From: Stylophora pistillata
Lineage: Eukaryota
Assembly (NCBI RefSeq): GCF_002571385.2
Contig: NW_019217955.1
Location: 243,384 to 307,383 of the forward strand
DNA: 64,000 nt
Reading direction: 5' to 3'
Shown: positions 1 through 12,969 of the stretch, piece after piece
Layout: every line of letters begins with the position of its first letter
How positions within the stretch are numbered: the stretch's first letter is position 1
Notes under the pieces: model-generated
Seen by the model: only the letters and a program-made list of their open reading frames with translations
Databases searched by the model: none
What the model was told of the DNA's origin: nothing
Translations under genes and position numbers: made by a program

Positions 1-89
1 TATTCGCTCCCTCAGAAATCGCAAGGATGTTAGTTCTGCGGCTTTCCGGGCGCCTTTGGCGGGTATAGGTGGGCGAACTCGTAGGTCTC

Positions 90-395
90 TTGGGATGATG
101 GTACGCAAGGAAAGTGAAAGCGGCAATTCACAAAAGACTCAACTCAAACAACATAAACAGGGACAACGGAGCCGAAATACCGGAAGCGTGGATGCCTACA
201 ATAAGAAAACACCAAAACCAACGACGCACGAAAAATCAGCGAACGCCTGAGGAAACCATGGTACATGGAGACAATAGCCGAATCGAGATGCACCAATCAC
301 AACAGACCACCATGAAACACAATGCTTTGCCGCAACCAGTCGACCCCATCGCCTGAAGAAGACTTGCAGTAAGCAGTCGGAACGTTGCGTTCTAC
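90..395 (+). mobile_element. Penelope-like element 3' remnant (GIY-YIG C-terminus and degenerate hammerhead)
   Basis: Translation WYARKVKAAIHKRLNSNNINRDNGAEIPEAWMPTIRKH resembles the end of Penelope GIY-YIG ORFs. It is followed by CTGAAGA-gac...gtc-GGAAC at ~353-383, a hammerhead core with GAAA mutated to GGAA. Confidence 0.7.
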
Positions 396-404
396 ATCTA
401 GTGA

Positions 405-540
405 ATTTATTTTTCACATTCATTGCGACCCAATGTGTGCCTGCATCAACTTTGTCATCCAGATTTATCACATAATAGCCCTTTTTGATTGGTTCTTTCA
501 ATATCTCATCTCTTGAAAGCATCTTATTAAAGTTCTTCAC
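405..540 (-). pseudogene. Adenain-like cysteine protease fragment (Polinton PRO)
   Basis: GYYVINLDDKVDAGTHWVAM matches the INLD...GTHWVA catalytic-His motif. It is truncated where the Penelope remnant begins. Confidence 0.75.
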
Positions 541-980
541 TTTCGTGCATTTGATCTAGTTCAATGTGTCAAAGTTTGATATCGCTTTATTTACAAAATG
601 GCTCCAAGAACAGGGACTCCATTGAACGGACTATTTTTTTTCTAGCAGCAGCCCTTGTCTCTTTTTTGTTGAAGGTCTTTTTTTTACCTGTACCTCTTCC
701 AACAGTTGCATCTTTCCAACTACCAATGAATGGAGGCGGTCTGTAAAGCATCATTTTGATTGTATACACGATTCTGCAATCCACCATCAGATGCTGATAT
801 CAAAGGAGGAGGAGCTCATGGTGCACTTGTACGTGATCTGTTCTGCATGCCTTTTCCTGCCAGCATATTCATCAAATGAGATATACCAATTCTGGCCAAT
901 ATAGTGCCAATAGTACCACCTCTCTGTGTATTTGTTGATGCTCTTATATCGATCAAGTTGATCTTTTTCATTCTGTGGAA

Positions 981-1394
981 TTAAAAAGCCTCCTGTCTGC
1001 CCTGCCCAAGTATCTTGTCCATTCCAAAGTTTCCAAGATTTGTCAATGCACCTGTGGCAAGACCAGGTAGCATCTTGGTTGCAAGTTTAGTTGCCATTGG
1101 AAGAACTTTAGGCGCAAGAACAATCAGACTACTGAAAAGTGAGCCTCCTTCTTTCACCACACGTCTTATCTGTGCTTTGCTGATCTTTAGATCAACACCT
1201 TTTCCTTCTCTTTTGGCTTTCTGAATTTTTTGTACTTGTGTTTTGGTCAGTAATAATTCATCTTGACCATTCAAATAATTTTTTCCCAATCTGAGAATAA
1301 TGGCTGAATTATTCTTGATAGCTCTCGCAAGATTTTGTTTCTGATCATTGCTCAGTTTAACGGAATGATTGAATAGCTCTGTCATATCTTCCAT
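981..1394 (-). pseudogene. Polinton/adintovirus conserved basic core-like protein (truncated)
   Basis: LTKTQVQKIQKAK..GKGVDLKISKAQI...EGGSLF...LATGAL...GQG pattern recalled from Polinton ORFs, with GG-hydrophobic candidate protease sites. It lies next to the adenain fragment. Confidence 0.6.
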
Positions 1395-1608
1395 ATATAC
1401 GTTACATTAATAACATATATGGGCTATGCGTGAAAAATAATCTCATCATACCTTTGTCAATTATTATGAGGTTGTTGATTTATGCTCTCAGTAATGCTTT
1501 TCCACTTACCACATCAACAGATAGTTCTTCCTCATGTAGCATCAATGCGTACAGATTATAATCAGAACCTGCAGCCCCACTCAGTGTGTAATCAATGAAC
1601 CAGGCCGC

Positions 1609-1742
1609 TGTTGTATTCTGTCGGTAACCACGTCTCCGTTTAATCACATATAAGATAACTAACAACAAACGAATTCAATAGACATCCCTCGCTCGTCGCT
1701 CCACGTGTTATATCCTCCTCAGGTCATGTGACCGACACAACA
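1609..1742 (-). repeat. Gypsy 3' LTR (134 bp)
   Basis: Direct repeat of 5964-6095. The adjacent polypurine tract AAGAAAAGAAGGGA lies on the minus strand at 1743-1756. Confidence 0.95.
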
Positions 1743-1991
1743 TCCCTTCTTTTCTTAGCGAAAAAAAGAAAAACTTAACCTTAAACTAGATCATACAATC
1801 AACGCAACTGCAACTATGTCCAGAGTTTTTTTGCTTTTGTTTTTTTTAGCTTTACATAGCTAATGTCTTTATCTCCATTGTTCGCACTGTTTCCCTTTTC
1901 TTTTTTCTTTTTTGTTTTTATTATTATTTTTTAAATAACAACAAGGTTCAAACCTGTAACAGGCTACTATCATGTCAGTTTTCTTTCTGGG

Positions 1992-4417
1992 TTACTCCCA
2001 TTCACCATAGTGATCTGGGGGATGCCTATCCCGTTGCGGCCTCTGCTCTAATTCATTGTCCTCTTGTAACTCAAACTGATGATCACTGTCAACGCATTGT
2101 TCATCTCTGGGGGTAAACTTCTTTACTTCTGTGACGTTCCTCTGGTATTGAACTTTCTCAGGTGACTGTACCACAACACTATTGCCCTTCTTTTCAATGA
2201 TTTCATAAGGCTCACTTTCAAATTTGGTTGACAACTTGTTTGACTTTTTCTTCTTTAGAAGCACTTGGTTACCAGTCTGAAGGTCATTGAGTTGAGCACC
2301 CCTTCGTTCATCTGCATATATCTTCGCTTTTATTTTCTTTTCCCAGTCGCGATCTTGTAGCTCATCATCATTTACGGTAGTTTCGCGCAACTCAGGCATC
2401 TTTGCGCGGATCTTTCGACCAAATAATAACTCGGCAGGGGAAACTCCTGTGACGGTGTGCGGCGTTGTTCTGTATGTAGCGAGGTAATGAACGAGCTCTT
2501 TCCTCCTATTTTTTCCTTCTGCTTGTGCAATTCTCATGCTCTTGAGTAGGCTTCGGTTTTGACGCTCTTCTTCGTCATTTGCCTGTGCCCATTGTGGCGT
2601 AACCTTGCGGTGTAAGATACCATTATCAACAAGAAAATGCTCAAACTCTTCTGACCGGAATTGTGGTCCGTTGTCGCTCGTTATGATTGCTGGCAGGCCA
2701 TGAACAGCGAATATCGTCTCGAGGCGTGAGATAATCTGGGATGCAGTAACTGACATCAAGATCTCCACTTCATAGTACCTAGAATAATAGTCAATGACAA
2801 CAAGCAGGTACTCTCCTGTTGGCATCGGTCCCAGGAGATCCAAGGATAAGTCTTGCCATTTGCCAAGCGGCAGCTCAGTAGGCATCAAAGGCTCCTGTGG
2901 AGTTGCTTGTCCAACTAACTGACATCCATGACACGACCTTACATATTGTTCAGCGTCTTCGTCGATACCGGGCCACCACACTTTAGTCCTCAGTCTCAGT
3001 TTCGTAGCAACAATTCCAACATGTCCTTCGTTTGCAATAGCTAGTACTTGTTGTCTCAGAGTTTGGGAATAACAATGCGAGTTACACGCAAAACGACTTT
3101 GCCGATGGCACACAGTTCGTCTTTATTTAACACATTCTTTGTTGTTCCAGACACCTTCACGAATGCATCGCCTTACTTCACTCAGTTCAGCATCACGGTG
3201 GGAATGTTCCTCTACTTCTCGTGTTGTCATGGCTTTTGGGGTGGCTGTCTGGGCTATAAACCGTACATATTCTTCTGCAACGTTCCTCGTTTTCTCCTCG
3301 TCCAAACTGTGGTAACAGCTCAGTCGAGACAGGGAATCTGCTATGTTCTCGCTACCAGGCTTGTATTCAATGGTGTAATCAAAAACTTGCAAACGCAGTA
3401 CCCAGCGCTCAATGCGGGCAAGAGGTCTCTACTTCTTTGAGTACAAACATTCCAAAGGCTTGTGATCAGTTACAAGGTGAAACTTGATCCCATATAGGTA
3501 AGTGTGGAACCGTTCACAAGCCCATACAATCGCCAGCGCCTCGCGTTCTGTCTGGCTGTATCTTCGTTCTGCATCCGTTAGACTTCGACTAGCATACATA
3601 ATGACCCTGAACACTCCTTGCTGCTTCTGAGCAAGAACGGCGCCCAAACCCACAGGACTTGCATCAGTGATTACACGAGTCTCAGCATCTTTGTCGTAAT
3701 ATCCAAGAACCTCTGCTCGAGCCAGTTCATTTTTCAGCTTCTGAAATGCTGCTGCTTGCTCTGATCCCCATTGGAACACAACATCCTTCTTTGTCAGTCT
3801 TCGCAGTGGCCTTGACAGTGTCGCAAGATTTGGAATAAACCTTCCACTGTAATTTACTAGACTTAAGAATGACTTGACTTCTGAAACCGATTCTGGTTCT
3901 CTTGCTTCGACTACTGCCTTCACTTTGCCAGCGGCCACACCCACTCCTCGACTTGACAGGACAAGGCCCATGAATGTCAACTGACTCATGGAGAATTGTC
4001 ACTTTTCTAAGTTGAGGGTAAGGCCACATTCACGTACACGCATCATCACTTTTCGCAGATGTTCATCATGCTGGTCATGTGTTGCACCACTATAATATCA
4101 TCTGAGATATTGTGTACCCCTTCAATACCCTACAATGTCTGCTGGATAACCTGCTGGTATTTCTCCGGAGCTGCTGATATCCCAAACATCAATCTTTTAT
4201 ATCGGTATAGACCTTTGTGTGTGATGAATGTGGTAATCTCACGGGATTCTTTAGATAATTCAATTTGATGGTAACCCCATCTTAAGTCCAGCTTGCTGAA
4301 CACTTTACTATTGTTCATGTCTTGAAGTACTTCATCAATGTCTAGAATGGGGTATCGTTCATGTTCTACCGCACAATTTGCTTGTCTCATGTCTACACAA
4401 AGTCTCACTTGCCCCAT
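1992..4417 (-). pseudogene. pol: Gypsy pol (RT, RNase H, integrase) broken by frameshifts and stops
   Basis: VRLCVDMR...FSKLDLRWGYHQ...RLMFGISAAP (RT); TDASPVGLGAVL...YSQTEREALA...TDHKPL (RNase H); GHVG...CHGCQ and SDNGPQF (integrase), spread over four ORF pieces. Confidence 0.95.
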
Positions 4418-5927
4418 TGGGTTTTGGGACTACAACTACAGGGCTGACCCACTGAGATGGACTGTTTACTTTCTCAATGATGTCCATGTTCTTCAGTTCG
4501 TCTAATTTCTTCTCGATTTTGTCTCTAAGATTGAATGGTGGTCTGCGCAGAGGCTGAACCACAGGTGCCACATTCTCTTTTAACAACTTTATTCTCATTT
4601 TCAACTTAAGCTGATATCCTTTTAGCTTTCCTACTCCTGTAAAACAATCTTTGAATTCTTCTACAATGTCACTGCTTACAGAGTTTATGGAACTTCCTAT
4701 CTGAAGCACTCCAACCTTGATTGCTGAACCTCTCCCCAACAGGGGTTGTCCTGTCCCATCAATAACTACAAACTCTGCCTCACAAACTTTGTCACCCAGG
4801 ACTACTCTTGCTTGGAAACAACCGATAACTTCTAAAGGCACACTACTCCCATAAGCATACAGCTTCTTTTTGCACCTATAGGATTTGCATTCAATCCTCT
4901 GGGATTTTAGCTCCTCCCATGTTCCTTTATCAATCACATTAGTGCTTGCCCCAGAGTCAATAAGCATTCGCACAGAAATCCCTCCAACTAACACATTTAT
5001 CATCCCACCTGTAGTTCCTGTACCCACAGTGAATGCGTACTCGTCATCGTCGCTCTCAACTCTCAAGTTGTCATCATCAATCGAGTTCACATTCGATCTC
5101 CTTTTGTCTAGCACATCTCTTGTAGAAAATCTTTTGTTTCTGGTGACAATTTTGGTTTGGCAAACCTTAGCAAAATGTCCTATCTTGTGACACCTCTGAC
5201 ACTCGGCATTTCTTGCTGGACAACAACTGTCACGACTAAAATGACCTTCTCTGTCACAACGATAACATTTGGCTTTCGTTTCTCTTCCTTTGAACTGGAC
5301 AGCGGTTTCTCCACGTTCGATACGGTTAACTTGTTGACGATCATCTTCCACACCAGTCATCGTTTTCAAATGAATATCTACTGCCTCAAAAGATCGAGCG
5401 ATTTCTTGCCCCTTTTCCAGAGTTAGATGGGTTCCCTTTAACAATAGTTCCCGCCGCAAGTCGTCTGATCTGCACCTGTCGATGACCTGAATTGCGAATC
5501 GGCTCGCCTGCGTTATCCCAATTGCAATTTTCCGCTTGGTGTCGTAACCGAGTAATAAACTGATCGACCGTCTTTCCTGCCCCCTTTTGAGATTTCTGAA
5601 GGCGTGTCTTTCGTATGGCTCATTTAACCGCGCGCTAAAATGGGCATCAAGTGTGCGTAGGGCTTTCTGATATTCGCCAGCGTTGTCTTCACCTACATCT
5701 GCCGGCGGTCCTGGATCTTGCAGGGTTTCGAATAATTCTTGCACTTCACTGACAGCACAATGTAACAGCAAACCTTTTTTTCGAGCGCTGTTGGTGATTC
5801 CTCTCGCTAAGAGGTAATATTCAAAAGATTTTTTCCACTTTTTCCACCGAGGAGCAACTGAGGTAATCGCGCCTTTACAGTCGAACGGCAAAATTCCTCC
5901 AAATTCAACACTTGCCGCTGCCAACAT
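4359..5927 (-). pseudogene. gag: Gypsy gag-protease region
   Basis: Two CCHC knuckles (CYRCDREGHFSRDSCC, CQRCHKIGHFAKVC), aspartic protease LIDSGAS, and RT start SQWVSPVVVVPK. Confidence 0.92.
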
Positions 5928-5963
5928 GATTTATGCGAAGGTACTGAACATCCTCGTCGCCAG

Positions 5964-6095
5964 TGTTGTATTCTGTCCGTAACTACGTCTCTTTAATCAC
6001 ATATAAGATAACTAACAACAAACGAGTTCAATCGACATCCCTCGCTCGTCGCTCCACGTGTCATTACCTCCTCAGGTCATGTGACCGACACAACA
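5964..6095 (-). repeat. Gypsy 5' LTR (132 bp)
   Basis: Direct repeat of 1609-1742. It is followed on the minus strand by PBS TGGCGACGAGGATG (5962-5949), complementary to the 3' end of tRNA-Ser(GCU). Confidence 0.95.
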
Positions 6096-6414
6096 GACGC
6101 TATCAGCTTATTTTTGGTTGTAAACTTAAATCAGCAAAACTTTTTCAAAACTGGGCATTTGAAAAAGTTTTACCAAATATTAAAAAATATGGAGAGTTCA
6201 AAATGTGTGATAATCTAAAAAACAAAATGCTCAGAATAACTAATGAAACTGAATTGCAAGATAAATTTGCTGATTTTATAGGGAAAAATTGCAACAATAA
6301 AGTAGTAGTGGTTTCTGCTCGTGGTGAAAATCAAAACGCATTTGAAAAGAGAATACACAGTTATAAATAAGGTTATACAAAAGCTACTCCTGATTTAATT
6401 TGGATATATCAACA

Positions 6415-6650
6415 AAGTTGAAATGGTAATTTGGCCACCGTAACGATTACAAAAGCTGACGTTTCGAGCATTAGCCCTTTGTCGGAGCGAATAGAGGACT
6501 TGTAGGTTGTGTGTGCTTTAAAGGCAGAAAATGGAGCTACGTTATTGGTGAGAACATGGCAAGGAGAAAAGCAGGAATAAATAAGTGGAATGAAAAGCGT
6601 TCGTTGATCCCTGTGGGATTTAGACAGCCGGTTTGAAAGATGAGCTCATC
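6415..6650 (-). mobile_element. Penelope-type terminal fragment with degenerate hammerhead
   Basis: The minus strand reads tcgctCCGACAAagggctaatgctcGAAACGTCagc (~6455-6492), a decayed CTGACGA...GAAAC-GTC hammerhead core. Confidence 0.5.
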
Positions 6651-6664
6651 TTTCAATTTTATTA

Positions 6665-7500
6665 TTAATGTTTTAGAGAAACAGGAAAGTTAACACCTGA
6701 ATAATATAATTTATCAACAAACGTTTTATCTGTTATTTTGATTCTTTGTGGATTATTCTCTGCTGGATTGAGATGTTTGATATGACACCATCTGAAGCAT
6801 TCAATGTCTTTGTTCTTCATAGTTATCAAACTCCTTGAAAGCATCAATTCACTTGGGAGTATCATTTATGCAGATCCTTTCATTGGATTGTATTTATCGA
6901 TTTTAATGAAATGTTTATCAACACTATTTATTGTCCAACCAGTTCCTTGAGAAATCCAATTAAAATTGCTATTAAGAGTTTCGGTGCTTGATAAAACAAG
7001 TTTTCTCTCAAGATCGGCATCATGTAATCATAGTATTTGTTAAGCTATTAAAAAATGCACTTTTGAATTAATCTACACCAGCCTTCATTTTAAAAAAGTA
7101 ATTTTTAAAGTCGCAACGAACTGAATACCTTTCATTTCCAATAAATGACTTCTTAATATATGAAATTCGCTTTCCCTGTTTCTGTCAACTGTTTAATAGC
7201 ATTATTATCAGCACGAATGTCAATTTCAAATGATATGGTAAAATTCTTCAGTGCGTTATTCTTCAATGAAATGTTAGTTCTAGGTATTGGAACTGGTACA
7301 TTGACACTTTTGATTGTTCTTGGTTTTGGAACAGGAAGTTTAATATCTTTTTTCTCATATTCTTGAACCAGATTTTATCGGTCTTGGTATTGGAATTGGC
7401 TTTTTATATCCGAGTTTATTTAAGTGACTGTTCTGTTTGTACCAAAGCGATTAAATCATCTTTTGATAAATCATCGATATTCGTATTATTCAACATTACT
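6665..7500 (-). pseudogene. Polinton protein-primed DNA polymerase B N-terminal region (fragmented)
   Basis: WISQGTGWTINSVDKHFIKIDKYNPMKGS / LPSEL...KNKDIECFRWCHIKHLNPAENNPQRI...YSGVNFPV, preceded by PIPIPR/PVPKPR repeats, as recalled for Polinton PolB N-termini. Confidence 0.7.
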
Positions 7501-7859
7501 ATGTTGCTATATAAATAATTTTTTTCTTGTACGTTTAAACTTTTTTGACCGCCTCTAGTCATCTTTTATGTAAAGTGCCTTCTTTTGAATTGTCGATAAA
7601 TAAAAAATATCCTGAAAAATCGATAATACCACTTCCAAACAACCAAAAAAATAAAAAAAAAGCTTTATTAAAACATACCAAAAAATGGATTAAAAAATCA
7701 AAAATAAAATTGTTTACCGCTCTCAGGGCGCCTAAACAAAAAAAATCCAAAATTTCACTCAGGTCAATTGCTGAGTTGAGGGTCAACAACGATATGTTTA
7801 TATCTTTAATGAAAAAATTAGAGGAATGAATATGCCATTTCCGGAGCTGTGAGCTAAGA

Positions 7860-8497
7860 CTCCCCATTTTAATAACTACTCAAGTAGAGGTCCGCAGATT
7901 TCCCTTTCGTCGAGATCGCACCAAGGACAGTTTCCCTTGTCCCTTTTTTTCAATGGTAGGCACTGAACCTGGTTGAATTCTTCGCCTAGATCCTCCGAAG
8001 TGCACAGATCTCTCAAAACAGTCTTCCGAGAAGTGTTCGGAGCAGATCACAAATATTCCGGCAGGATTGAAGATTGCTAGGCGGGTTCGCTCAAATCCCG
8101 TTTTTCCCGCTCTGTCCTATTTGCAAGGCTTCAATGCAGAGAAATACCACCAGCATGGTTGCACGATTGCTACAGCCTTGAATTACGTATCGCTTTCTTG
8201 TCATTTTTGTGTACGGTTTCGTCAGAACAGAGGAAAGCACTCTGTTATGTTTACATGACATTTCGTCATGTGAAATTTTTGCGTTGAGCCTTTGACGTCA
8301 CTTCCTCTGAGTCCTGCTGTCAACTTCCGAAACATGGTCAAATGATAGCGGACGCGTAATCACGAATTTAACAGCCTGAAAAAAGATACTTCTGGCGCTC
8401 GGACTAAATTGAAATTTGGCAGGGTTGGTGGAAGAGACACGGTAAACATGAAAAGGAGAAAGGAAAAAAAAATGATGTACGAAAATCAGTGATCTTA
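7860..8497 (-). mobile_element. THAP-domain DNA transposon relic (Kolobok-like end)
   Basis: Minus-strand translation FVICSEHFSEDCFERSVHFGGSRRRIQPGSVPTI (THAP CxxHF...VPT motif). The element ends at ...cagtgatc|TTAA near 8497. Confidence 0.55.
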
Positions 8498-8564
8498 AGG
8501 CGCTTCAACCGTCAACGTGACCCCCTCCCCCACCCCCCTTGAGACCCTCAAACACTCCTATGCT

Positions 8565-9740
8565 ACTTAACTGACGAAAATTAACTAAAGACGCCACGCC
8601 AAGCTACTTAAGCATCCTTCGCCATTCAAGAAGAAGTTCTGCACTGAAGAGAAATTGAATTGCCCGGGTCGCAAGTCCGCCCAAGCAGCTTTGAGCCTCG
8701 CTTTGTTTGAAGTCGCTCAAATATCCAACGTGGACGGAAAAGTTATCGAGACGTAGTTTCGTGACTCATTGAGACAAGCTCAAATTGCTTCCTTCTTTGG
8801 GGTTTCATCACGCACATTGATAATCTATGTAATTCAGGTGTCCTAGCAACTTATGCCCTAACGCTTATGGGAGGCATTTGATTGGCGGTTACTCCCTTCC
8901 TGACCTGTCAATCAAACCACAGTGATTTTTCAGTTTCACACTGCTTTTTCAGTTTCACACTAACGCTGCCTGCTTTTGTTGCAACACTTTGGATCTCATC
9001 ATTCGAGCAGGAGCTCCTGACTACCTTGCTGCCTGCCACTCTGAAGTTACAACCGGTAAGGACACACCAGTAGGATTCGTGTTTCTATTGACAGTCAAAT
9101 AACCGTGTTTGGTATTAAATGGTGAGGCATGTTACAACTGACAGCACAGAAAGGGTTCCTTGATGCTTACATAGAAAAGTATCATTTAATGTCTTGATTA
9201 AACCCTGAAGCTCTGCTATCGCCTTGTTCGCGGTTCCGAAGACAACAGTCCACAACAGACCGTTTTCGAAGCAATGTGCCTCGTCTAATTCTAACGAAGA
9301 ATTGATCTATGACTTTCCTTGTTGAGCTAATTCATTCATTGCATGGCGGAAGTTGTTTGGCAAATATAGTTAGCAAGAAATGTTCACGTAAATTTCGGCT
9401 TTCAAGAATATTAATCATTTGATATTTGGAGAGGGGCTTATCAAAGGGATGGTGATCATTCCATTAACGAAATCACGATTTTCAACTAGTTCTAATCGAG
9501 TAGCAGTAAACTGCATTCGTTAGAAAGATTTTCGGTCAATCCAAGCCTTCTATTTAGGGGATAAGATAGGGAGACCACGATCTTCCTTTGCCGGATCCCC
9601 TCTCCTTTCAGCGTCTCAAAGGGCATTTGTCTGACAGTAATACTGCTAATGATACTTTGCCCGTTTGATTTAACGTTCTTATTATAGAGTGCACTTTTTA
9701 AAAGGTTAGTTTCGAATTGATTTTGCGAGAAAGTCTGGTA
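8565..9740. repeat. Partial copy of the locus-specific ~2-kb module
   Basis: Shares the blocks gccacgccaagc..cttaagcatcc, gaggcatttgattg, gttacaaccggtaagg, cctcgtctaatt and atcgagtagcagtaaac with the copies at 27.6-58.9 kb. Confidence 0.85.
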
Positions 9741-9812
9741 ACTAGTTTTTAGCACCAGGTCGAGACTGAAGGGAATAGGAGTCGTCTTAACAATACTGAC
9801 TCCTCCGCGAAA

Positions 9813-10070
9813 ATGAAAGTAGCGGCGAAGCGCGACAAGTTAATTAATTCCAAGATAACATTGCCACGAGTAAAACTACTTCGCCATCCACCTTCACTTA
9901 AGGATTGTCTGGTTGGAAAAGATGGCTACGACGAAGACTGTTCGTATAAAAGTCTTGAGGGTTTTCGTTTATTTGTAGACGGTCATGTGGAGGATTTGAA
10001 GTACCACGATTTAAGGGATGACGAAACAGATAAACGGAATGGATACTGCAATTTCCAGTTCAGCCATTAG
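9813..10070 (+). mobile_element. Fragment of an ISL2EU/Harbinger-type transposon accessory ORF
   Basis: The YKSLEGFRLFVDGHV motif resembles the YKSLEAYNYFxSGxV segment that precedes SWIM domains in these elements. Confidence 0.4.
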
Positions 10071-10699
10071 ACAGGCCAAAGTCTAAAATCGTGTGTACAA
10101 TTTCACGTATTCGTCATTTTTCGGTACATCATCCATGAAAAGTTTTTGTTTCAATGCTGGCTTGTTATCGAGTTCGTTTCGAATTGTTTGTTTTATCCGA
10201 CACATTTTTATCATATTTTACATTTGTTTGTGGTCAATGTCCATTTGACAAATTCGTTATATTTGAATGCCTTTACTCCATTAACTTTGTTTTGTAATTG
10301 CGTGACATTGCGTTTCAGTTGGGTCACGATTTTGCGCTTTGATCTTTAAGGTTTCAATTTCGCTTAGCTTTCTTTGTTGTAGTTCGTTTTCTTTGTAGTC
10401 CTCGATCAAGTTTTTAGTTATACGTGCCATCGGCGTTGCGGGATCTATATGTAAGTTTTTAAGAATCTGTTTCTATTTTCACACAGCTTGCCTCATATCT
10501 TCCCAGCCATTGTTTACTTATGTTTTGTGCACGTTATTAGAGAGTTTTAGATCCACGTTTGTTTCCTATAACGTGTAACCGCAAACCGCTGCAAGTCACG
10601 TGACCAGACTCCAGCCGTCACGTTTGCAGTTAGCGGTTCGCGTTTCAACTTTGGGAAAGGCAGTTTAAATAGACTTTAATTTACCATAATCTGGCTCTC

Positions 10700-12370
10700 A
10701 GATGAGCAATATATGGCTTGTATGTTTGCTTATTTAGATGAATAAGTATGTTTATTATTTGGTTAACAAGGATAATATTTATTTGTCATTGCATTACATA
10801 GCTTTAATTATAAGCCTGCTAAAATAAGCTATAATATTATATATTATATATTATAATAATTATTATAATTATATATTATATATTATAATATTATAGCTTT
10901 AATTATAAGCCTGCTAAAATAAGCTATAATATTATGAATGGAGATCTAAGCAAGCTCTACTAAGCTTTTATAAGAAGATCCCCATCTAATAAAAACTGTA
11001 ACTTATAGCAGATGGTTTAATTATGAACGTAAGACATTTTGCCGCTTTGCTGATAACATTACGATTTGAAGTTGTATCTCTAGTATAGAATTTAACTATA
11101 GTTTTGCAGATAGATTTTAATTAATCTCTTAAATTGTGTATATGATTTTGATTCTTTCAGGTCTTTAGGTAATTCATTCCACATTTTTGCTCCCCTAAAC
11201 TTCAATGATAATTTCCCATAATTAGTTCTTTTAAATCGATGAATATGTTTGAGGCTGATCGGGTATTGTGACTTTGAAATTTTTCACTTGATATAAAATA
11301 ACTTCTATAGTAACTTGATAGCTTCTCATTAAAGAATGAGTACATAAAAAGTGCCATTAAGTATATATTTAACTCGTATATATTAAGAATATTTAATGAT
11401 AAAAATAGTGGCCGGGATTCATTTTTGTAGTGAGCGAATGGCATAATTCTAACTATCTTTTTTTGTATCATAAATAATGGCTTGAGTCTAGTTGGATAAG
11501 TACTTGACCAACTGACATTACAATATGTTAAATAAGGGTACACCATAGTGTAATAGATTGCCTGTAGTGTTCTAAGGATAAGTAATGTCTTGCCTTAGCT
11601 ATCATAGCTGTCATCTTTGATATTTTTGTTACAACATGGTTGACGTGGTGCTAGCTTCCATGTTAGCTCATCATCAATGTATAGACCTAAGAATTTTGTG
11701 TATTTTACTTGGTCGATGTCTTGATCATTCAATTTAATTTTAACACTTAGTTTAGTTTTTTTGCCCTTGGATTTAAAAACAATAAAATGCGTTTTCTTGA
11801 TATTTAAAGCGAGTTTATTTGCTGAAGCCAGGATGAAATTTTTTGGAGTTCACAGTTCATGGTATCTTGTAAATAAACTAGATTTTTATGACTGAGAAAT
11901 AGATTTGTATCATCTGTAAATAAAATAACCGATAGTATTTGTGAGCACCTTACAATATCATTTATGTATATAAGGAAAAGAAGAGGCCCCAAAACAGATC
12001 CCTGAGGCACACCACACTTAATTGTTAAACTTTTTGATTTCTGTGACTTGAATTTAACTATCTTTTTTCTGTTTGAGAGGTAATTTTTGAGCCACTCTAG
12101 GGTAATTCCTCTTATTCCATAATGCTCTAGTTTCTCAAGTAATATTTTATGGTTTACTGTATTGAATGCCTTTGCAAGATCTAAAAATACTCCAGTTGTG
12201 TATTCACTGTTGTCTATCGCTTGCAATATCTTGTTTGTAAGCTCTATTGAATGTTGAATGTTTTTTTCGAAAACCATATTGGTTCTTGACTAACGTGTTC
12301 TGATTTTCTAAATATTTCAATAATCTTTTATACATAACTTTCTCTAGAATTCTAGTAAAACAAGGATGTT
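10700..12370 (-). mobile_element. 5'-truncated CR1/L2-group LINE (RT fragments)
   Basis: QYGFRKKHST, GVFLDLAKAFNTVNH, GVPQGSVLGPLLFLIYIND, FTDDT, and the C-terminal YPYLTYCNVSW..HNTRS. An AT-rich local duplication at ~10797-10935 lies in the 3' region. Confidence 0.9.
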
Positions 12371-12714
12371 TCAGGTTGGTCAACTCCCTCGGCGCTTTTC
12401 TTCTTTTTATTCGAAAGTTCTCACGTATGTCCCGCAAATATATGTCAATTGAGGTATTTTCTTTCTGGCCCATGTGTTTGGGACGGTAGAAAACCAAACT
12501 TTAAACCACATTTTGTGTTTGCAATGAAGGACTTTCATCCTGTCGGTAATTCAAGATGGCGGCGCACATTTTACTTTTGTTTTGATAGAGATGTGTAATG
12601 GTACTTCCGATTTTGGGGCCAGCGAACATTTCTGTGCCGGTTTTTGTATATTCGAAATCGAATGGAACCCTAGCATGTAAAAAAAATCGCTGTTTTTCTT
12701 GATTTTTCTCAAGT

Positions 12715-12969
12715 ATGCCTCCATTTTGTTGGCCGCTTGTGGAACAAGAATTACATTTGGCGAGAGAAACAAATTGTCACAGACCCGAAAAACCGGCCGA
12801 GTGGGACAAAATTGCTCAGAGACTCAGTGAAGCCTTCAGTGATGGTGAAAAGTTTGTTAAACTGAAGGGAAGAGGTTGCAGGGAGCGAATGAAGCGCCTG
12901 CTTCAAAAACGTAGGGCCGAAGATCTAAGACCTTGTTTATATTCCCTAAAATATCCGACCTCGATTTAA
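12715..12969 (+). pseudogene. Myb/SANT (MADF-like) DNA-binding ORF fragment of the Harbinger element
   Basis: EWDKIAQRLSEAF...LKGRGCRERMKRLL (W..IA..L...C..R pattern), inside the TIR-bounded element. Confidence 0.65.

Larger units (their letters stand above)
1609..6095 (-). mobile_element. Ty3/Gypsy LTR retrotransposon (Mag-like), full-length, decayed
   Basis: TG..CA LTRs at 1609-1742 and 5964-6095 (about 8 differences); TSD GCCGC/GACGC; PBS and PPT present; gag-PR-RT-RH-IN order. Confidence 0.97.
1588..6400 (+). pseudogene. Bro-N domain gene (with possible nuclease-like tail) split by the Gypsy insertion
   Basis: Joining the flanks across the TSD gives VINEPGR|YQLIFGCKLKSAKLFQNWAFEKVLPNIKKYGE, matching the Bro-N consensus INExGLYxLIxxSxLPxAKxFxxWVxxEVLPSIRKxG. 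It continues ...GENQNAFEKRIHSYK*GYTKATPDL. Confidence 0.8.
405..7829. mobile_element. Decayed Polinton/Maverick (adintovirus-like) endogenous viral element
   Basis: Co-located fragments of an adenain-type protease, a GG-rich core-like protein, a Bro-N gene and the N-terminus of a protein-primed PolB. No TIRs were seen. Confidence 0.75.
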
